Source: Candidatus Heimdallarchaeum aukensis
GTDB taxonomy: Archaea > Asgardarchaeota > Heimdallarchaeia > Heimdallarchaeales > Heimdallarchaeaceae
Assembly (NCBI GenBank): GCA_021513695.1
Contig: CP084166.1
Coordinates: 1,440,001 to 1,504,000, forward strand
Reading direction: 5' to 3'
DNA: 64,000 nt
The notes under the pieces are model-generated. The model was not told the origin of the DNA, searched no databases, and saw only the letters and a program-made list of their open reading frames with translations. This document shows positions 36,575-46,358 of this stretch, piece by piece (the first letter of the stretch is position 1; the number at the start of each line of letters is the position of its first letter). The position numbers and the translations under genes were made by a program.

Positions 36575-37504
36575 ATGAAGTATGGAATAATTATCCACGG
36601 AGGAGCTTGGGATATTCCTGATAACTTTGTTGATAACCATTTGGATGGAATAAATAACGCTTTAAAACTAGGTTATTCACTTCTTGAAGATAATAATAAT
36701 GCCATTGATATTGCTGAAAAAGTAGTTGTTTTGTTAGAAAATGACCCTACATTTGATGCTGGAAAAGGTTCTTTTTTAAATGCTTTAGGTAAGGTCGAGA
36801 TGGATGCAATAATAGCTACAGATGACTATAAAATTGGTTCTGTTGCAGCCCTAAATAATTATTCTAATCCTATAAAAATTGCAAGAGCGATATATGATTT
36901 TGATGGGGCAGTAATGTTAGTTGGAGAAGGAGCAAAAATTTTTGCTGAGCAGCTTGGGTTCCAACAATGCAAAGTTGAAGATTTACTTGTAGGGAGAGAA
37001 CTTGAGAGATACTTAAAGATAAAAAAAGACGCTACTTTTGTCCCAAAAGATGCTTTTAGACGTAAAACGAGAGGGACTGTTGGTGCAGTTGTTCTAGACA
37101 AAAAAGGGAGAATGGCTGTGGCAGTCTCAACAGGAGGAACACCAAAAAAACCTCCAGGAAGAGTAGGAGATACGCCATTATTTGGAGCAGGAGCATATAT
37201 AGAAAAAGACAAACTAGGTGTTGCTGCGACTGGATACGGTGAAGACCTAATTAAAGCTCTAATCTCGAAGAGGGTGCTAGACTTTTTTGACAGAGGGCTT
37301 TCTCCTCTAGAATCAACAGAACAAGCAATATCTTTTCTTTCTAAAAATGTTCAAGGATTAGGCGGAGTCATTGCTTTAGGAAAAAAGGGAGTAGGGTTAG
37401 CTTTTAATACCCCAAGAATGGCTTTCGGTGTTCAAACAGACGAAATTGATAGCTTTATTGGTATTAATCAAAAAGACAAAGAAGAACTATCGAAACAGCT
37501 GTAG
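36575..37504 (+). CDS. isoaspartyl peptidase/L-asparaginase (Ntn-hydrolase, plant-type)
   Basis: It has IIHGGAW and the autoprocessing/nucleophile site RGTVGAVVLD, plus STGG and GAGAY motifs. Confidence 0.9.
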   Translation: MKYGIIIHGGAWDIPDNFVDNHLDGINNALKLGYSLLEDNNNAIDIAEKVVVLLENDPTFDAGKGSFLNALGKVEMDAIIATDDYKIGSVAALNNYSNPIKIARAIYDFDGAVMLVGEGAKIFAEQLGFQQCKVEDLLVGRELERYLKIKKDATFVPKDAFRRKTRGTVGAVVLDKKGRMAVAVSTGGTPKKPPGRVGDTPLFGAGAYIEKDKLGVAATGYGEDLIKALISKRVLDFFDRGLSPLESTEQAISFLSKNVQGLGGVIALGKKGVGLAFNTPRMAFGVQTDEIDSFIGINQKDKEELSKQL

Positions 37505-37569
37505 AAGAAGTGTTTTTTTATTTTAATTTTTTACAAAAAAAATAAAAAAGACTTTCTCAACTCGTTGTT

Positions 37570-38367
37570 GTGAAAGAATTAACATTAATTTCTTGGAATG
37601 TCAATGGTATTAGGTCTTTATCAAAAAAAGTAGTTTACAAAAACATGAGTTTCAGAGAATGGGTACAATTTTACTCTCCACACATCATTTGCATACAAGA
37701 AACTAAAGCTTCTCAAGAACAAGTCCCTGCTTCAATAAGTATGATCCCAGGTTATCATACATATTGGAGTTCAGCAGTGAGGAAAGGATATAGCGGAGTC
37801 TTAACCTATACTAAAGCTAGAGCTAGAAGTGTAAATAAAAACCTAGGAATCGAGAAATTCGATATTGAAGGGAGAATGCTAGAAACAGAATTTAAACACT
37901 TTGTACTCTTTAATGTTTATTTTCCAAATGGGAAGAGTAGTAAAGAAAGATTAGATTACAAGATGGAATTCTATGATGTCTTCTTGGAGTATATAGAAAA
38001 AGTAAGAAGTAAAGGGAAACCAATTATTGTTTGTGGTGATGTAAATACTGCACATAAAGAGATAGATTTAGCAAGACCAAAGGAAAATGAAACAATTTCT
38101 GGATTTTTACCTCAAGAAAGAGAATGGATTACAAAACTTATAGACCACGGTTATTATGATACATTTAGATTAATCAACGGAGACATACCAAACAAGTACT
38201 CATGGTGGAGTATGAGAACTAGAGCTCGAGAAAGAAATGTAGGATGGAGAATAGATTATTTCTTCGTCTCTGAAGAGTTAAAAGATTCAGTAACTGACGC
38301 CTTTATTTTAGATGAGATTTATGGTTCTGACCACTGTCCAATCGGAATAAAGATAAATGTACCATAG
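37570..38367 (+). CDS. xth: exodeoxyribonuclease III / AP endonuclease
   Basis: It has ISWNVNGIRS, CIQETK, GDVNTAH, WWSMR and GSDHCPI motifs. The start is GTG. Confidence 0.9.
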   Translation: MKELTLISWNVNGIRSLSKKVVYKNMSFREWVQFYSPHIICIQETKASQEQVPASISMIPGYHTYWSSAVRKGYSGVLTYTKARARSVNKNLGIEKFDIEGRMLETEFKHFVLFNVYFPNGKSSKERLDYKMEFYDVFLEYIEKVRSKGKPIIVCGDVNTAHKEIDLARPKENETISGFLPQEREWITKLIDHGYYDTFRLINGDIPNKYSWWSMRTRARERNVGWRIDYFFVSEELKDSVTDAFILDEIYGSDHCPIGIKINVP

Positions 38368-38388
38368 TTTGAAGAAGGAAAAAGAGTT

Positions 38389-39483
38389 CTAAAATTCATT
38401 TCCGAATTTTCTTTTTGCTGCCTCAACTAATCCCACAGGACCAGTCATCATAACATCTCCCGAAGGAGAGGCAAAGTGAACAGGTATTAAAGCTTTTTCT
38501 AAAAGTTTTCTTTTTGGTCCTGTGGCTGCTACAATTTCTATTTCTTCCCAACTTATATTATTATCAAGGTAAACTACTCCATGTCCACCTTCATTGAAAA
38601 CGGTTTCGTTTTTCAGTTTCCCATTAGAGAGAGCTATTATCTCATTTACTAGTTTTTCAGTTGAGAGCATATGTGTGTGATGCTCCATTATTGCTTTAAT
38701 TTCGTTGTCGTAGATGACTGTTACCATTGTATGTGAGTTTCCCACATCCATAGCAACAACTTTCCTTTTAGAAGTAACTATTGGATCATTTATTGCCCCC
38801 AGAATAGCTGCTGCAGAAGTGTCCATTACTAAAGATCCAAAATTGGTTTGATGTTTTTTATTATAATTTTGTATTTCTCTCACCACAGAACGCATTCTTA
38901 AGAAAGAATTAGGAATTTCATTTTCCAAGAAAGCTAGTGTCCAAGGGTTTGGAGAATCATTTAGAATCTCCTCTATTAGTTTTACTCTAAATTTTCTATC
39001 ACTTACTCCTACTGGCGCTTTTCCGTGGTCAAGTACTGCTACAGCAATTGTTTCTATATCAGAAAAATGTTCTTCAGCTGTTGAGAGAAGAGAAAAGATT
39101 TCTTCCAAAAAGACTTCATATAAACAAATATTTTCAATTCCAGAGAGATGCGATATTGTTTCAACATCTGAAAAAACATTTACTCCGAGAGCTTTAACTT
39201 CTTCTATTTTATTTCTAATACTTAAAGCTGTATTAACGCTCATATACACCTTATGACCATTTTTAATATGATTCTTAATAGCTTTTGTAAACGCTCCCCC
39301 ACCTATTGTTTCTCCGTAAATAACTAGATCCCTTCCCTTTTCTGTAACCTTTTTTATTTTCTTCGCAAAAATTTGTGTTGGTGATGGAAGAACTAATTTA
39401 ATGTTATTTTCTATGTTTTTTTCAGGATCATATAGTAGAATATCTTGTGTTCCTGCTCCAATATCAATTGCTAGAATTTTCAT
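38389..39483 (-). CDS. ASKHA-superfamily (actin/Hsp70/sugar-kinase fold) protein, DUF1786-like
   Basis: N-terminal phosphate-1 motif MKILAIDIGAGTQDILLYD and a later AMDVGNSHTM (phosphate-2-like). Confidence 0.55.
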   Translation of the reverse strand: MKILAIDIGAGTQDILLYDPEKNIENNIKLVLPSPTQIFAKKIKKVTEKGRDLVIYGETIGGGAFTKAIKNHIKNGHKVYMSVNTALSIRNKIEEVKALGVNVFSDVETISHLSGIENICLYEVFLEEIFSLLSTAEEHFSDIETIAVAVLDHGKAPVGVSDRKFRVKLIEEILNDSPNPWTLAFLENEIPNSFLRMRSVVREIQNYNKKHQTNFGSLVMDTSAAAILGAINDPIVTSKRKVVAMDVGNSHTMVTVIYDNEIKAIMEHHTHMLSTEKLVNEIIALSNGKLKNETVFNEGGHGVVYLDNNISWEEIEIVAATGPKRKLLEKALIPVHFASPSGDVMMTGPVGLVEAAKRKFGNEF

Positions 39484-39579
39484 TAAAAACTCTCTCCAAC
39501 TTTTCAGATGGACATCTTTTCTCCACTATATTTAAAAACAACTTGGTATATGTATCATAAACACATTGGAGAGATAAAT

Positions 39580-40833
39580 ATGGGAACAATTTATGATGGT
39601 TTAGAGGAAATCGGTCCTCATTTTGAACTTAGTGAAACTCATAAAATGGTTAGGCAAAGTGTAAGAGAGTTTGCTGAAAAAGAGATTGCCCCTTATGTAA
39701 AAGAGTGGGATCAAGCACATGAATTTCATAAGCCAATACTAAAGAAAATGGCTGAACAAGGAATTCTGGGTATTTCCTTACCAGTAAAGTATGGAGGAGG
39801 AGGACTAGATTATATATCACTAGCTATTGCTTGTGAAGAACTTGAAAGAATTGACACGGCAATGAGAGTAATTTTGTCTGTCCATAATGGATTGTGCTCT
39901 TTGACCATTTTCCAGTGGGGAAATAAAGAGCAAAAAGAAAAATACTTGCCTAAACTTGCAACGGGAGAAGTCATTGGAACTTTCGGATTGACAGAACCAG
40001 CTGCTGGAAGTGACCCTGCAGGTATAAAATCTCGATGCAGAAAAGAAGGAGACGAATGGGTTATAAGTGGAGAAAAAATGTGGATATCCTACACAAATTC
40101 ATCAGATGTTTTTCTAATTTTTGCATATGAGGAAGACGTCAAACATAAAGGTATGAGAGCTTTTATCGTTGAAAGAGATTTTGGAGGATTAACTACTGGT
40201 AATATCGAACACAAGATGGGAGTCCGTGCTGGAGAAACAGGATGGATACATCTTGATGAAGTTAGAGTTCCTGCCGAAAATCTATTAGGCGAAGCTGAAG
40301 AAGGATTTAAGATTGCAATGTCTGCATTAGATTGGGGAAGATATACTGTAGGAGCTGGAGCTGTAGGTGCTGCTAAAGCCTCACTTGAAGCTTCTGTTGC
40401 TTATGCAAATGAGAGAGAAACATTTGGAAAGAAAATTGGACAGCACCAATTCATTCAAGGAATGATTGCTGATATGGTTGCTGATATCGAAGCAGCTGAA
40501 TTATTAATTTGGAAAGCTGGCTGGGTGAAAAATCAAGGTAAAATTAATACAAGAGAAACAGCCCTATCGAAGTGGTATGCTACTAACGCCGCAGTTAGAT
40601 GTGCAGATAGAGCAATACAAATTCATGGAGCATATGGATTCTGTGATGATTACCCTGTAGCTCGTTATTATAGAAACGTAAGAGGAGCAACAATCTATGA
40701 AGGAAGCAATGAAATACAGAAAATAATTCAAGCTAGATATGCTCTTGGATACTTCAAAGACAAACCTTTACGCTGCATGCCTCCTAAGTATGATCCTGAA
40801 GAATGGATGAATCCAGATACTGATAAATACTAA
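39580..40833 (+). CDS. acyl-CoA dehydrogenase (short/medium-chain type)
   Basis: ORF 39508..40833, trimmed to the Met at 39580. It has GLTEPAAGSD, ISGEKMWIS, QIHGAYGF and YEGSNEIQ motifs. Confidence 0.9.
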   Translation: MGTIYDGLEEIGPHFELSETHKMVRQSVREFAEKEIAPYVKEWDQAHEFHKPILKKMAEQGILGISLPVKYGGGGLDYISLAIACEELERIDTAMRVILSVHNGLCSLTIFQWGNKEQKEKYLPKLATGEVIGTFGLTEPAAGSDPAGIKSRCRKEGDEWVISGEKMWISYTNSSDVFLIFAYEEDVKHKGMRAFIVERDFGGLTTGNIEHKMGVRAGETGWIHLDEVRVPAENLLGEAEEGFKIAMSALDWGRYTVGAGAVGAAKASLEASVAYANERETFGKKIGQHQFIQGMIADMVADIEAAELLIWKAGWVKNQGKINTRETALSKWYATNAAVRCADRAIQIHGAYGFCDDYPVARYYRNVRGATIYEGSNEIQKIIQARYALGYFKDKPLRCMPPKYDPEEWMNPDTDKY

Positions 40834-40896
40834 TTTAAATTTTTATTTTTTTCACAAAAAGATTAAATACCCTTTTTTATTTTTTTAAATACTACA

Positions 40897-41544
40897 ATGT
40901 TAGAAGGATACTTTGCCTATATCTTTGATTTTAAGGAGAAAAGAATATGTGAAATTTTAAAATCAAACTCTGAAATATTCTCGAAACATATTCAATATTT
41001 AAAGAATGTAAAAGAGTTGGGAAAGTTACAAATTGCTGGAATAACACAACAAAAAGAAAAAGAGATAATTTTGCTTAATGTGCAAGATGAAAAGCTAGCA
41101 GAAGCAATCTTTTTGAATGATCCTTTAAGAAAATCCAACTTTTTTTGCTCATATTTTTATCGAGCAAATATCTCACATCAATCAATATCTTTTTTATGTA
41201 AACACAATAAAGACAGTAAAGAAGAGGAAATTTTAGAGAATTATAAAAAAACAAAAACAAAGTTTTTTTTAAGTTTTTTTAGAAAAAATAGGAATATTCC
41301 AAGTAGTTCTGTTATTACACAGCTAGATATATTGCATGAGCATCATGAGTATGTGAAGAAAAAGATTCTTTCTAATAAGTTCATAATAACAGGTTTAATT
41401 AATGATGAAAAAATTGGAAATATTATTCTTATATATGCTGAAGATATCGATGAAGCTACTTTACTTTTAAAAAATGACCCCATAATTTCCAAGAAACTTT
41501 TCAATTTTGAAGTATATCCATTTAATATTTTACTAGTTGGATAA
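40897..41544 (+). CDS. tandem YciI-like domain protein
   Basis: Two halves each show the YciI pattern. The first is HIQYLKNVKELGKLQIAG...AEAIFLNDPLRKSNFF. The second is HHEYVKKKILSNKFIITG...ATLLLKNDPIISKKLFNFEVYPF. Confidence 0.5.
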   Translation: MLEGYFAYIFDFKEKRICEILKSNSEIFSKHIQYLKNVKELGKLQIAGITQQKEKEIILLNVQDEKLAEAIFLNDPLRKSNFFCSYFYRANISHQSISFLCKHNKDSKEEEILENYKKTKTKFFLSFFRKNRNIPSSSVITQLDILHEHHEYVKKKILSNKFIITGLINDEKIGNIILIYAEDIDEATLLLKNDPIISKKLFNFEVYPFNILLVG

Positions 41545-41561
41545 AAACAGAATAGAACGCA

Positions 41562-42845
41562 TTATTTATCAACAATACGTTCTTTACCCACTAATGGAAT
41601 TAGAAAGATAATTGGAATAAGACCTAAAATGTAAATTCCTCCAGTTACTAGGAAGTTTAATCGAAAATTATAAGGTTCAACATCACCAACTAGATATCCA
41701 CCAATAACAGCACTTACATTCCAAAATAGACCCCATGCAATTGCTTCAAGACTATTCCATTTCGCTCTATTCTTTTTGTTAACAACATCCATTAAAATTG
41801 ATCTTGAGAGCGGTTGTCCAGCGTTCATCAATGACCCCCTAGCGATGAAGATTGGTATTAAAATATATAAAGGAGGATATATTGCTATAACAAACAGACA
41901 TATAGTTGCAATTAATTGGAAAAGGAATAGTGCTTCTGCTCTCCCTTTTTTCAGTGAGTATTTTTGTGCTAATAAAGCTGATAAACCTGTAAAAATAGCT
42001 GTTAACCCCATTATAATTTGCACTGAAATAGGAGGAAGTTCATATTGTTTCAAGAAAAATATGGGAAAGAATTTTATAGTCATTCCTGCACCAAAACCGA
42101 TAATAACATTACTTGCTACAAGTAAAATAGGAATTAACTTAATTGCTTTTTCAGCTGATAGAGGTAATCCAACTCCGTTTCTCTTTACCTCTTTTTGGGT
42201 TAATTCTTCAGGTATTGATTCACTTTCTTTGCCTAAACTTTTCTTATCACTGAAAAGGAATAATAGAATTATTGACAATGCAGAAAAACTCATTCCCAGT
42301 ATCATAACATTCTTCAAAATCGATAGTTCCCACTCGTTTCCGAATATTAAAAACAAGAAAACATTGAAAAATGGTCCTATTGCAGATGAAATTTGTCTTG
42401 CTAAATGTAACCAAGAATAAATTTTGGTTCTAGTTCCTGATTCTAGTGAATCAGCTATTAAAGCTTCTAAAGAAGGCCTAGTTAATGCTTGATACAAACC
42501 CCATAAAGAAAGTGCAACAAAAACATATATGATATTATTTCCAATTATAATAAGTAGTAGACCAATTAAACCAGCTAAGGCTGCAGATTTAAGCAAAATA
42601 TCTCTTCTAAAACGATCTGCTAAAAATCCAGAAGGAAAAACAAAAATTGTCATAGTGATTCCTGTTGCAGCAGATGTCCAGCCCAACAATTTATTAGACT
42701 CTGAAGTAAGAAAGAATATGTAGGCTGATAGAACATTTGACATCCATATTCCACGACCGAAACTTTGTAGAATACTATATCCAAATGCAAGCTTGATATT
42801 CGGATTCATTTTTCGAACTATTTCTGAGAAAGTCATTGATACCAC
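41562..42845 (-). CDS. MFS transporter
   Basis: 427 aa with about 12 hydrophobic segments. It has a loop motif GFLADRFRRD between TM2 and TM3. Confidence 0.8.
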   Translation of the reverse strand: MVSMTFSEIVRKMNPNIKLAFGYSILQSFGRGIWMSNVLSAYIFFLTSESNKLLGWTSAATGITMTIFVFPSGFLADRFRRDILLKSAALAGLIGLLLIIIGNNIIYVFVALSLWGLYQALTRPSLEALIADSLESGTRTKIYSWLHLARQISSAIGPFFNVFLFLIFGNEWELSILKNVMILGMSFSALSIILLFLFSDKKSLGKESESIPEELTQKEVKRNGVGLPLSAEKAIKLIPILLVASNVIIGFGAGMTIKFFPIFFLKQYELPPISVQIIMGLTAIFTGLSALLAQKYSLKKGRAEALFLFQLIATICLFVIAIYPPLYILIPIFIARGSLMNAGQPLSRSILMDVVNKKNRAKWNSLEAIAWGLFWNVSAVIGGYLVGDVEPYNFRLNFLVTGGIYILGLIPIIFLIPLVGKERIVDK

Positions 42846-42919
42846 AGTTTTCTATTTCGTCAGCTATTGTTAAATAAAATCTTTTAACTCTTTTAAAAAT
42901 TAATCGAAACGAACAAAAA

Positions 42920-44587
42920 TCATTTGTGAGAAAAAATCACATTAACTTCAGGTTCTTTAGAATCGATTCGTCCATAACCGACCCGCTCAAGTTGAATAAT
43001 CTCTCCAACAGGATAGTTCTGAATAGTTGGCTCTGCATAACCTTTGACAGTGATTAGTTTCTTTCCTTCAGGAATTATAAGATTCATCTTAACAAAGTCT
43101 GATGGCACCCATTGAATTACCTCTGTTCCTTTTTCAAACACTTCTGTTAGGAATTTTGCTTTATATTCTTCTCCTTCTTTTTTAATTTCTATTGTATAAA
43201 GATCCTTTAGACGCAACTTACCTTCATGTAAATCATCTTTAGCTAACCATATAACTCCATTAGTCTTTATTTTTCTTTTACCTAGTTTCTCATTTTTTGG
43301 ATGAACAGGAATTTCTGCTTCCTTCTCAGGAGCTCCTTCAACTATCAATTTTATGGGGTCAGCAACAAAAAAACAACGTTTTGCGATTGGATCAATAAGT
43401 TTCTTATTAGTTCCTGAAATATGTTTATAATCCAAATTAGTCTCAGCAAGAGAAATACCCACATTAATTGCTAATAATTTAAACGTTTCAGGATTTATAC
43501 CTCTTCTAAGTAACGCACGAATAGTCATTAGACGAGGATCATCCCAAGTAGTATTTTCTTCCTGAATTAATTTTCTTATTTCTCTACCAGAAGTTAATCC
43601 TCCAATGATATTTACTCTGCTGTAGTGAATAATTTCAGGGTTTTTTATGCCTAAAAGACTTCTAATATGATTTTGTAAAGGAGTTCGTTGAAGAAATTCT
43701 GCTCCTCGCAAAACATGTGTAACATTTAACCCATCTTCTATTGCAACTGCAAAGTCGTAAGAAGGCCAAACTCTATATTTTCTCCCTTGTAATGGGTGTT
43801 CTGCATCTATTATTCTAAAAATGGTAGGGTCTCGAAGGAGTGGATCTTTGTCTTTCATATTTCCTTTTAATCGAATAATAAATTCTCCCTCTTTTACATC
43901 GGCATGCATCGCCTTCCAAATCGAGAGATTTTCCTCTGTGCTTCTATTTCTACAAGAACATTCTTTTTCATTCCTACGTTTCTTACTTATCTCTTCTTTA
44001 CTGCATGAACAAGCATAAGCTAAATTTTCTTTAATTAGTTGCTCTCCATAGGAATAGTATTGTTCCATGTTATTTGACTCGATTATCTCTTGATCGTAAT
44101 GAATGTTGATTGCTTTCAAATCTTCTCTTATCGCATCATAATACTCTTTTTTTGGTATCTGAGGGTTGGTATCTTCAAAACGAAGAATCAATTTCCCTTT
44201 ATACTTTTGAGTGTAAAGATAGTTAATATAAAATCCAATAGCATGACCAACATGTAAATATTTACCAGGTTCTGGTGGAAGACGAGCTACAAATTTACCT
44301 TCCACAGCATTGGGTAAATCTTTCAGACTTTTTTTTCTCTTTTCTTTTTTCTCTAATAATTCAGGAGCTAAATCACGTAATTGATTTATCTGCTCTTCCA
44401 AAGTTAAAGAGTTAATTTCTGAAACAAGAGCATTAACTTTCTCAACAACTTCTTTGATATTTTTTTTAGCTTCAGGAAAAGCCCCCAAGATCTTGGGAAT
44501 GACAGATTTAGCGCTAGCTTTTCCTTTATAATCAATTGCGTTTTTAAGTACGATTTTACGAATCTCGGTATCCATTTGAATCAACAT
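42920..44587 (-). CDS. gltX: glutamate--tRNA ligase (archaeal/eukaryal type)
   Basis: It has PPEPGKYLHVGHA (the HIGH region), RFEDTNP and WPSYDFAVAIED. An alternative start is the Met at 44575. Confidence 0.95.
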   Translation of the reverse strand: MLIQMDTEIRKIVLKNAIDYKGKASAKSVIPKILGAFPEAKKNIKEVVEKVNALVSEINSLTLEEQINQLRDLAPELLEKKEKRKKSLKDLPNAVEGKFVARLPPEPGKYLHVGHAIGFYINYLYTQKYKGKLILRFEDTNPQIPKKEYYDAIREDLKAINIHYDQEIIESNNMEQYYSYGEQLIKENLAYACSCSKEEISKKRRNEKECSCRNRSTEENLSIWKAMHADVKEGEFIIRLKGNMKDKDPLLRDPTIFRIIDAEHPLQGRKYRVWPSYDFAVAIEDGLNVTHVLRGAEFLQRTPLQNHIRSLLGIKNPEIIHYSRVNIIGGLTSGREIRKLIQEENTTWDDPRLMTIRALLRRGINPETFKLLAINVGISLAETNLDYKHISGTNKKLIDPIAKRCFFVADPIKLIVEGAPEKEAEIPVHPKNEKLGKRKIKTNGVIWLAKDDLHEGKLRLKDLYTIEIKKEGEEYKAKFLTEVFEKGTEVIQWVPSDFVKMNLIIPEGKKLITVKGYAEPTIQNYPVGEIIQLERVGYGRIDSKEPEVNVIFSHK

Positions 44588-45067
44588 TATTACAAAACTT
44601 ATATGAACATAGATTTGAAGAGGGTTTTTAAAATTCTTGATAACATATTTTTTGAAAATAAAGAGATAATAACAAAGATTTTAGAAAAAGAAAAGTTGTA
44701 AAAAATCAAACTTTGCAAATATTTATCGATTTATATGAAGATATTTATCTATAATATTTTCAATAGCTTTTTCCATTTTTCCTTTTCCATTTCTCTCATT
44801 TCTTCTTCTTATTTTCTTTTTCTTTAATTTCAGTTTGCTTCTGCAATTTTTGAAACACCCTTTTTTCTCCTTCTGAAAATGTTAATAACCCACACCTTCC
44901 TATATGCTCTACATTATGAGAATAATATGCAGAAAATTGTATTATGATAAAGCAAAAAAGTCATTTCAACATTTTGCAAAAGGTGTAGAATATGTTCATT
45001 AAAACAGCTAAAAAAACATAATAATTTGTTCACATGTTTTATTAATTGACTCATCTACTAGTAATCA

Positions 45068-45625
45068 ATGACTGACAATAACCAAATAACAACAGAAAAA
45101 AAACAGTTTGTTCCTCGTGAAGGATCTATAGAGTATAAAATGCTTTTTGGAACACCAAAAGAACAGAAAAAAATGACTGCAAAGTTTAAATTTGCCAACA
45201 AGTTTTTTACTATTCCTCTATACAAAATTGGGATATTACCACTGTTTGGTGCAGGACAAATTTTTCTTTTACTATACACTAAAGGTCGGAAAACAGGTAA
45301 GATCAGAACTACTCCTCTTGAATATCGAAAAATGGATGGAAAAATGTATATTTTTGCTAGTAGGGGAAACAAGACAAACTGGTTAAGAAATCTAAAAACT
45401 AATCCGGATGATGTGCGAGTAAAGATTGGATTCAAAAAATTTGCTGTAGAGCCAAGAATTCTATCTGTTGAAGAAAGAGCAAAAGTGTTTTATCAATATG
45501 TAAAGAATTACCCAACTGCTTCAAAGGCCTTAATGGGATGGAATCCGAAGGAAGATAAGCTGGAAGAAACAGATTTTTCGTTTATTGCGGAACACATTCC
45601 AGTTGTACAGTTAATTAAAAAATAG
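45068..45625 (+). CDS. deazaflavin(F420)-dependent nitroreductase (DDN) family protein
   Basis: It contains LLLYTKGRKTGKIRTTPLEYRKMDGKMYIFASRGNKTNWLRNLKTNPDDVRVKIG, which matches the DDN/split-barrel pattern (TxGRKSGxxRxTPL...W..N). Confidence 0.7.
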   Translation: MTDNNQITTEKKQFVPREGSIEYKMLFGTPKEQKKMTAKFKFANKFFTIPLYKIGILPLFGAGQIFLLLYTKGRKTGKIRTTPLEYRKMDGKMYIFASRGNKTNWLRNLKTNPDDVRVKIGFKKFAVEPRILSVEERAKVFYQYVKNYPTASKALMGWNPKEDKLEETDFSFIAEHIPVVQLIKK

Positions 45626-45739
45626 GTTCTAAACTTTTTTTCTGTTATAGAAGATAAGGAAAATAAAATTATTCAATCATAAGGAGGAGTATTTGATCGT
45701 TTATCCATACTTATAGACTAATATAGTCTTTTACCGATT

Positions 45740-45770
45740 TTATAATGTTTCCGAATTATTGTAAAAGTTA
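45740..45770 (+). repeat. 31-nt motif, copy A (ttataatgtttccgaattattgtaaaagtta)
   Basis: 27 of 31 positions are identical to 48405..48435 in the same orientation. It contains ATAAT-N8-ATTAT dyad symmetry and ends 26 nt upstream of the ATG at 45796. Confidence 0.7.
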
Positions 45771-45795
45771 AGTGGTGAAAGGACGAAAATGATAG

Positions 45796-46305
45796 ATGAT
45801 GCTTATGAAACTCAGTGAATATACGTACAATGGGTATGATTATAAAGTAAAATATAGACATCTTGACGACATTTATTATTATAATAACTTTGATGTTGAG
45901 GATACTTGGGATGCTTATGGATATGATCAATATACTGATACTAACCTGGTTTGGCATCATTATACCCCTAGCGAAATAAATGATTTAGAACACGACGTAA
46001 AGGTTCGAAAAATTGCTAATATGATAGCAATTGGTGCTTTGGGCATAATCTTAGCAGCCTTATTAGCCCCTGCTTTTCCTATTTCTGCTGTACTCGTTAC
46101 CATTGGGTTCAGTATACTCGAGGTTCTCATCTCAGAACGATATGACCAATTAGAAGAATTTGTAGAAAATATTAAAGCAGAGAGAGGTGATGGATGGAGC
46201 GTGTATAAAATTAGGGGAGATGACGCCTATTTTGTACCAGGTAAAGAATTCTGGAAAAATCCAATAAATTCCCCAAAATTCATTAAATGTGCAAATATTG
46301 AGTAA
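45796..46305 (+). CDS. hypothetical membrane protein
   Basis: 169 aa with a Y/D-rich N-terminus and two adjacent hydrophobic helices (IANMIAIGALGIILAALLAPAFPISAVLVTIGFSILEVLI). Confidence 0.5.
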   Translation: MMLMKLSEYTYNGYDYKVKYRHLDDIYYYNNFDVEDTWDAYGYDQYTDTNLVWHHYTPSEINDLEHDVKVRKIANMIAIGALGIILAALLAPAFPISAVLVTIGFSILEVLISERYDQLEEFVENIKAERGDGWSVYKIRGDDAYFVPGKEFWKNPINSPKFIKCANIE

Positions 46306-46358
46306 CCATAATTTTTTATCTTTTTCACTTAAAGAAATAAATTGTGTGAGAATAACTC

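Noticed and set aside
41776-42420. 214-aa ORF antisense to the MFS transporter
   Set aside because: Antisense frames of membrane-protein genes in AT-rich genomes often stay open. I see no recognisable domain, and the transporter frame has a clear 12-TM organisation.
45058-45435. 125-aa ORF antisense to the DDN-family gene, and ORF 45718..45960
   Set aside because: The first overlaps a motif-supported gene. The second is an I/S/F-rich translation spanning the promoter region and the start of 45796..46305.
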